The notes beneath the pieces were generated by a model, which made no database searches, was not told where the DNA came from, and was given only the letters and a program-made list of their open reading frames with translations. Shown here in pieces: positions 59,701 to 64,000 of a stretch of 64,000 bases of DNA (its first letter is position 1; the number at the start of each line of letters is the position of its first letter). The DNA is from Nemertoderma westbladi (taxonomy: Eukaryota; Animalia; Xenacoelomorpha), in contig JAUCBJ010009041.1 of assembly GCA_032718475.1 (NCBI GenBank), forward strand, positions 84,124 to 148,123. The letters are read 5' to 3'. The position numbers were made by a program, and so were the translations under genes.

Positions 59701-62431
59701 TAATGAGATTTCTCTGCGGGCATCGAACTAATTAGCAACGTCAATGTCATACCAATAAATTTAGAATTAACAATGGCAACCAACAGCTGAATATATGATT
59801 GTCTCATCGAAACTTCTTCATGTCGGCAGTGAATCACGAGTTGGAGAATCAGCTGACATTTTTCAAATAATTTAGGTGAGCTAACCAAGAAGTGTTCATG
59901 GTCTACAAACGATTTGAAGTTGTTATTTGTAACCAGATCTAACAATGCGGTAGATGAATCTTGTTGGAGGAGAGCTCTAAACTCCTCATCCCAACACCGA
60001 CGCTGGGGATGGTTGTAATCTCCCAATCCACGATCGACTGATTGTGGTCGCGGATTACCTCGGCCACGGTAGGTTGCACCTCTACCTCGGCCTCCAATGG
60101 GAAGATTGCCCCTGTAAAGGTAAAAATAAATAAAAAAAAACTAAATACGACCGGACCATGTACTATTAATATATTTAGAATAGTGTTTAGCCCCAAAGAA
60201 TACTGTACAGTAGATAATCTATCTTGCTACAGATAATTCGACCTACACAGACAAACACACCCATACATGAATAATTGCGGGAGCAAGGGTCTAAGCCTCG
60301 ATACCAAAAATGTAAATAACATTAAAATACACCCACACATAGTATACTGTGACGAAATTGATCACTGTAAGAAATATATGGTTACAATTTGCTGCTCTAG
60401 TTTACTGATGCAGCCAGCCACTTGAGTTCCACATCAATATAATTTGAACTAGCAGAAAATTCCTAAGTCAGTCATATACGTAGTACTGTAGAAGTTTGGT
60501 GTGCAGAGAAATTGTTAGATAGATAGATTTATTTATACATTATGTAAAAAACAATAACAAATACACCAAACAATGTACCGGTATAAAGGTATTGTCAAAC
60601 ATAACATATAGGATTACCCCTAAAGCTTTGCAGCTTATTTCCAAGGGGGTCCTTTATGTTACTTGGTTACAAATACAATATTACACTACGCTAACCTAAA
60701 ACCAATATAAAACGTAATTACACTATGTACATGTACAACTTTACCGAGAGCGTGACAATGTCAGACTCAACAATAAAGATGTAATGTACAGAACAATTTA
60801 TTATAAAACGTAATTACAGTATAAATAGTAAATAATTAATAAACTAATAACTTACTGTAGGACTATTGTACCTATTTTTACATTGTACACGGAGGTGAGA
60901 TTTAACTGCAGATTTAAAAGAATGTTGATTATCTAGGTTTTTAATTTTAATTTCATTCATTTAATCTTATAGTTTGGATAGAAACAATAATCTGAATTCA
61001 AATAAGCTAGTTTTGATTAGATTGAACGATGAGCCAAGGTAGCAATTAAATCATTGACCTACTTCATAGTTCCAGGGCAGCTTTACATTTTGCACTCCCA
61101 CAGGCACAGTGTACCTGCTATCTGAGAGTGGGCGGCAAGAGTAGGCTAAAAGGCTATCATTCTTGTCTATACATAACATCGGTAATGACTAACGAGCAGT
61201 CCAGTCGAAAGTACGAAAGCTGCTTTAATAAAAACCACCACATTTAACATAAAATATTTAATGTGCTTTTGAATGACCTACAGTCGCTGATGATCCAAAT
61301 TCAAGTAAAAGATATATTATGCCCAACATATTGGCCTATAGGCCCATGTGAAGAATACCAGTCTTTCTGCCGTTATATTTCACTTTGCAGTTACCCCCAT
61401 GTGAAGAATACCAGACTTTCTGCCGTTATATTTCACTTTGCAGTTACCCCCATGTGAAGAATACCAGACGTTCTGACGTTATATTTAACTTTGCAGTTAC
61501 CCCCATGTGAAGAATACCAGACTTTCTGCCGTTATATTTCACTTTGCAGTTACCCCCATGTGAAGAATACCAGACTTTCTGCCGTTATATTTCACTTTGC
61601 AGTTACCCCCATGTGAAAAATACCAGACTTTCTGCCGTTATAATTCACTTTGCAGTTACCCCCATGTGAAGAATACCAGACTTTCTGCCGTTATATTTCA
61701 CTTTGCAGTTACCCCCATGTGAAGAATACCAGACTTTCTGCCGTTATATTTCACTTTGCAGTTACCCCCATGTGAAGAATACCAGACTTTCTGCCGTTAT
61801 ATTTCACTTTGCAGTTACCCCCATGTGAACAATACCAGGTTTTCACCAAAAACACAGGTTACAGAGGGGCTGAATCTAACCAAAACAATAAACGAATTAG
61901 TATATGTACAGGTTATAAGACAGAAATAAGCGCTATAAAACACTTAATAAAGATAAATTAAAAAAAAAAAAAATCTTCATAATAATATAAAATTCCAATA
62001 GAAAGTCGACCGAAGAGTGAAATCCGGGTATTCTCTTCACATTGGCGGGCCTATAAGTGTAGTGTAATTAAAAATGTACATACTGTACATATTGATTAAG
62101 CGCGGAACGGCCTATACCCATACAATGCTCATAAATTATCACCTTAAGTAAGTACCCCAGCTCATAGGCTGATAAAGAGGCGTTATAGTATTAATATTAC
62201 TCACCCATTCGATATGATTCTAGTATTGGAGGTTTCGTCTCTGGTATTCATTTGATTGCGCCGTGATGGCTGTTCCATCGACTCCCGAACTCCCGAGTTG
62301 CGGGTTGCGCTCCGACGGCCACGACTTCCCGATGATGTTTGCCTCGACCGATTTGCGGTAGATTTCGGTCGAGCACCGCCTTCCTCCCAATTCCTCGGAC
62401 CATTCCAACAGCCTCTGCCTCTACCAGCCAT
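30302..62431 (-). CDS. ZNFX1: NFX1-type zinc finger-containing protein 1 (UPF1-like SF1 RNA helicase, NFX1 fingers, RZ finger); 9 coding exons, 1988 aa
   Basis: Exons 62431-62205, 60111-59552, 58831-57197, 46860-46733, 43563-43223, 41679-41515, 37754-37529, 37350-37124 and 32759-30302; all GT-AG and in phase, total 5967 nt. Motifs: [103 protein letters not shown], Cys-rich fingers, [18 protein letters not shown]. Confidence 0.93.
33218..35955 (+). mobile_element. tRNA-derived SINE with an internally amplified 63-bp unit
   Basis: A-box TGGTCTAGTGG, B-box GGTTCGATCC, central ctttcatccttcagtggtcgataaatgggg domain, (ATT)n tail, and ttattattaatc on both sides (TSD-like). Confidence 0.8.
33387..35910. 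repeat. 63-bp satellite, about 40 copies
   Basis: Unit ggaaacagagtggaagggtttactgtggaagatcacccatggtggtgaacaggcattccttta; gives the 21-aa repeat ORFs. Confidence 0.97.
36575..37050 (-). mobile_element. Inverted copy of the same SINE with only about 4 of the 63-bp units
   Basis: Reverse complement of the head (gggatcgaacc, gaccatgatgctgc) at 36986-37048; units at 36621-36870. Confidence 0.8.
37124..37350 (-). CDS. ZNFX1: ZNFX1 exon 8
   Basis: [15 protein letters not shown]...[13 protein letters not shown]; ttttag acceptor, gtaata donor. Confidence 0.9.
37529..37754 (-). CDS. ZNFX1: ZNFX1 exon 7
   Basis: YRDIL...[11 protein letters not shown]...IGDHQQLRP...[12 protein letters not shown]; tttag acceptor, gttggt donor. 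Confidence 0.9.
38268..41210. repeat. GC-rich 40-43-bp minisatellite, about 70 copies, with a ~978-bp higher-order duplication
   Basis: Unit gggagacaaagtgagctggccagggctgaacgccggccgccac. The same variant runs recur 978 bp apart (e.g. 39210 and 40188). Confidence 0.96.
41515..41679 (-). CDS. ZNFX1: ZNFX1 exon 6
   Basis: YWLGKLR...[13 protein letters not shown]; tgtag acceptor, gtgagt donor. Confidence 0.9.
41715..43052 (+). mobile_element. RTE-clade LINE reverse-transcriptase fragment, frameshifted, antisense in ZNFX1 intron 5
   Basis: [60 protein letters not shown], then out-of-frame FQYLGS and ETWTLT. Confidence 0.92.
43223..43563 (-). CDS. ZNFX1: ZNFX1 exon 5
   Basis: DDDGWQIV...[25 protein letters not shown]; ttttcag acceptor, gtaggg donor. 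Confidence 0.88.
43990..44272 (-). mobile_element. Apparently full-length tRNA-derived SINE with (TTTAC)n tail
   Basis: A-box TGGTGTAGTGG, B-box GGTTCGTTCC, central gccttgcatccttaagtggtagctaaatgagtac and tail tttactttactttactttacc; second copy at 38-263. Confidence 0.8.
44474..44546 (-). tRNA. tRNA-Lys-CTT: tRNA-Lys(CTT)
   Basis: GCCTGGCTAGCTCAATCGGTAGAGCGTGGGACTCTTAATCCCAAGGTTGTGGGTTCGATCCCCACGTTGGGCG: 73 nt, full cloverleaf, anticodon CTT, TTTT terminator about 9 nt downstream. Confidence 0.93.
44712..45558. repeat. 115-bp dimeric tandem repeat (two related ~57-bp subunits), about 7 copies
   Basis: acagtgcc...cccag.aa.atagcgcc.ccagatctcgcggt.agccac alternates in two variants; ORF starts step by 115 bp. 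Confidence 0.95.
45570..46410 (-). mobile_element. Highly degraded RTE-like LINE RT remnant
   Basis: Minus strand encodes [19 protein letters not shown] (~46272-46328), PVLLYG (~45841-45857) and SWTL (~45796-45807). Confidence 0.65.
46733..46860 (-). CDS. ZNFX1: ZNFX1 exon 4
   Basis: 128 nt, (H)[15 protein letters not shown]...KEYLE; ccatag acceptor, gtaagt donor; bridges phase 1 to phase 0. Confidence 0.82.
47352..47520 (+). mobile_element. RTE LINE 3' end fragment with (TAG)n tail
   Basis: catgactttcttgagacgc...ggacactggccttgaagatg...gatcctagtagtagta; homologous to 1766-1890. Confidence 0.7.
47882..55706. repeat. 7.8-kb composite satellite: 39-bp unit with an internal ~2-kb block of a related 28-bp unit
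   Basis: 39-mer gcaatcccagctccttagaatatagtccaataagtccat; the 28-mer gtccaggaatatagtccaataagtccat dominates about 52620-54625. Confidence 0.97.
57197..58831 (-). CDS. ZNFX1: ZNFX1 exon 3 (helicase N-terminal part, Walker A)
   Basis: Contains the 544-aa ORF with [21 protein letters not shown] and YTNHALDQF; tcttag acceptor, gtgagt donor. Confidence 0.93.
59055..59100 (-). ncRNA. Degenerate minimal type I hammerhead ribozyme motif (Penelope/retrozyme style)
   Basis: TAGCGCTA-CTGATGA-GGCCT(GAT)AGGCC-GAAT-CATG-CA-TAGCGCTG: 8-bp stem I, intact CUGAUGA, 5-bp stem II, palindromic CATG loop III. The core has GAAT instead of GAAA and CA instead of UH. Confidence 0.6.
59552..60111 (-). CDS. ZNFX1: ZNFX1 exon 2
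   Basis: tttacag acceptor; [18 protein letters not shown] continues in frame into ORF 59493-60026; gtcagt donor. Confidence 0.82.
60512..61240 (-). mobile_element. CR1/L2-group LINE 3' remnant
   Basis: Minus strand has an FKSAVKSHL-type ORF end (~60892-60918), a ggaccccc...gggg stem in the 3' UTR and an aataaa(tcta)n tail. Confidence 0.45.
61341..62051. mobile_element. MITE with imperfect TIRs, flanked by TATA, with its left end tandemly amplified
   Basis: tata|ggcccatgtgaagaatacc ... ggtattctcttcacattggcgggcc|tata. Confidence 0.7.
61343..61838. repeat. 53-bp tandem repeat, about 9.3 copies
   Basis: Unit cccatgtgaagaataccagactttctgccgttatatttcactttgcagttacc. Confidence 0.96.
62205..62431 (-). 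CDS. ZNFX1: ZNFX1 exon 1 (putative; RG-rich disordered N-terminus)
   Basis: ATG MAGRGRG...IISNG ends at a consensus gtgagt donor in phase 2, which matches exon 2. Confidence 0.72.
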
Positions 62432-64000
62432 TAAATGTTATTCATATAGCGGTAATTACTTACCACGCGGTACACTAGACCGTGGCACAGTAAAAAATAA
62501 TTGTAAAGGTTACCGGCAACCGGTAATAAATAAAGAGAGTTTTCCGGCTCACCGGAAATCACCGGAACCGGACACTTTGCCGTGACATTTGCGATGGCTG
62601 CGCTGTGAAAACGCTATATGGTTGCAGGTTGTCAACGACAGCGCAGCGTTTTGGAAAAGTATGTACAGGTTACGACTTGGAATTATAAGGTACCGGTAGA
62701 AGTAATAATAAAATGGGGTTAAGGCTAGTGTACTACAGTTAGACAGAACGTACACTAAATAATAACTACATTAACATAACAGTAAATTTAAAGTTAAGTA
62801 AAATTTACATTTTATTTAATTTAAACCACAATAATGTAGACTAATACTGGAGAAATACGACTGTATCACTACCAATTATACCACCTACATGGAAGTTATA
62901 TCGAAACTGAAAAATGAAATCTTATTGATGACGTCAATACTCCGAACCCTCCCTCCCTCCCACCCTCCCTCCCTCCCTCTTACAAAAACCAAACTGTAAA
63001 TAGCCATCCATTTAATAAGAAATGAGAGAATAATAGTTAATAAGAAACAATAACGCAGGCACTGTATTTGGTTGGCATGCAAACAGCATTCTTTGATAAA
63101 GCCATCTAATCCTATTTCCATTTATGTCCAGCAATTTATTGCATAATATTCAATCGTCGTTTAAAAGTAGTACCGACGTGTTTGTTCGTGGGAGGGGGGA
63201 GGGTTTAGGTAGATTATTTAGGGGGGTGGGGGGGGGGGGGGGGGGGGGGGGTACACAATTCTATTAGATTAACTGATGGTGCTATAACTATTTTTCCTGT
63301 ACTTGTGTTTTGGGCCAAATTGAACCGGGATACCCCATCATACTGTAATAACCACACAGGCAGCACAGAAGTGCAAAAGAGGGAGAGTGTTGATATACTG
63401 TATTGGTCAACTTTCTTGATGTTTTCGGCTATATTTGGTTGTTAGCTTGTATTATAGGGCCTATACATTGACGCAAATCACAAAATCTTGTCAAAAATTA
63501 AAGACAATAGCATTGCTTTCAGTTTCATTTTGTAAGCACAGTAAAAGCAAAGCAAATTCTGCAGAAGATTCTCCAGTTATTTATATATTTATATATTTTT
63601 TATTTAGTTTTTGTATTTTTATTTTTATGTTTTATGATGCCGAAACGCAAGTCAATCATTTCTATCGGTAGGCCTACCAACAACGCCAAGTATCTATGCC
63701 CATAAAACATGTCTGCCCGCACCTCGGAAAATGTATACTGCAAATGAGATAAGATTATCACACCGGACAAACATTACGATTTGGTGGAATATAATACTGA
63801 AGTTTGAGTTGAACAGAACGGGGGTCGTAGCCTTCTTAAGGGAAAATAAATAAGTGGAATTCTAATGAAACAAAAGGCAAAGTTTTCCCATGGGTTTGAT
63901 TGACTGGGAGGTGAATAACACAATGTTTGTTTGAATTTTATAGTTGTACACTTTCTATAATATAGGATATAGGCCTACTTTTATAGTAGTGAAGTAGTGT

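Noticed and set aside
62440-62700. ETS/NF-kB-like sites upstream of ZNFX1 (ccggaa, ggaaatcacc)
   Set aside because: Short motifs expected by chance, and the transcription start is unknown.
13987-63250. Recurrent 15-25-nt poly-G/poly-C runs (13987, 21477, 26806, 55770, 56862, 63228)
   Set aside because: No shared flanks or spacing, and homopolymer lengths are unreliable in assemblies.

Overview
AT-rich, repeat-rich eukaryotic DNA, most likely from an invertebrate animal; the host cannot be named from sequence alone. (1) About 2.7-12.7 kb: a truncated, decaying Polinton/Maverick (adintovirus-like) element. It carries a PC4-like ORF, a protein-primed family B DNA polymerase split by one in-frame TAA, a TATA-binding-protein-like ORF, a broken unknown ORF and a Maelstrom/DEDD-fold ORF. 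No integrase, ATPase, capsid or adenain-type maturation protease gene is visible. (2) Three single-exon host-type ORFs: TMEM209, a His-box sterol desaturase/fatty-acid hydroxylase and a truncated canonical-ankyrin copy. (3) 30.3-62.4 kb, minus strand: a 9-exon ZNFX1 gene reconstructed by hand (5967 nt, 1988 aa, all GT-AG, phases consistent). Its introns hold five unrelated tandem arrays, LINE remnants, tRNA-derived SINEs, a tRNA-Lys(CTT), a degenerate hammerhead motif, a triplicated splice acceptor and a near intron-wide inverted duplication. Most long ORFs at 27-29, 33-36, 38-41, 44-45 and 47-55 kb are repeat artefacts. Best novelty candidates: the Polinton-like element with apparent mimics of basal Pol II factors (TBP, PC4) plus a Maelstrom-like protein, and the fold-back last intron of ZNFX1. 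All family calls come from motif recognition by eye, not database searches.
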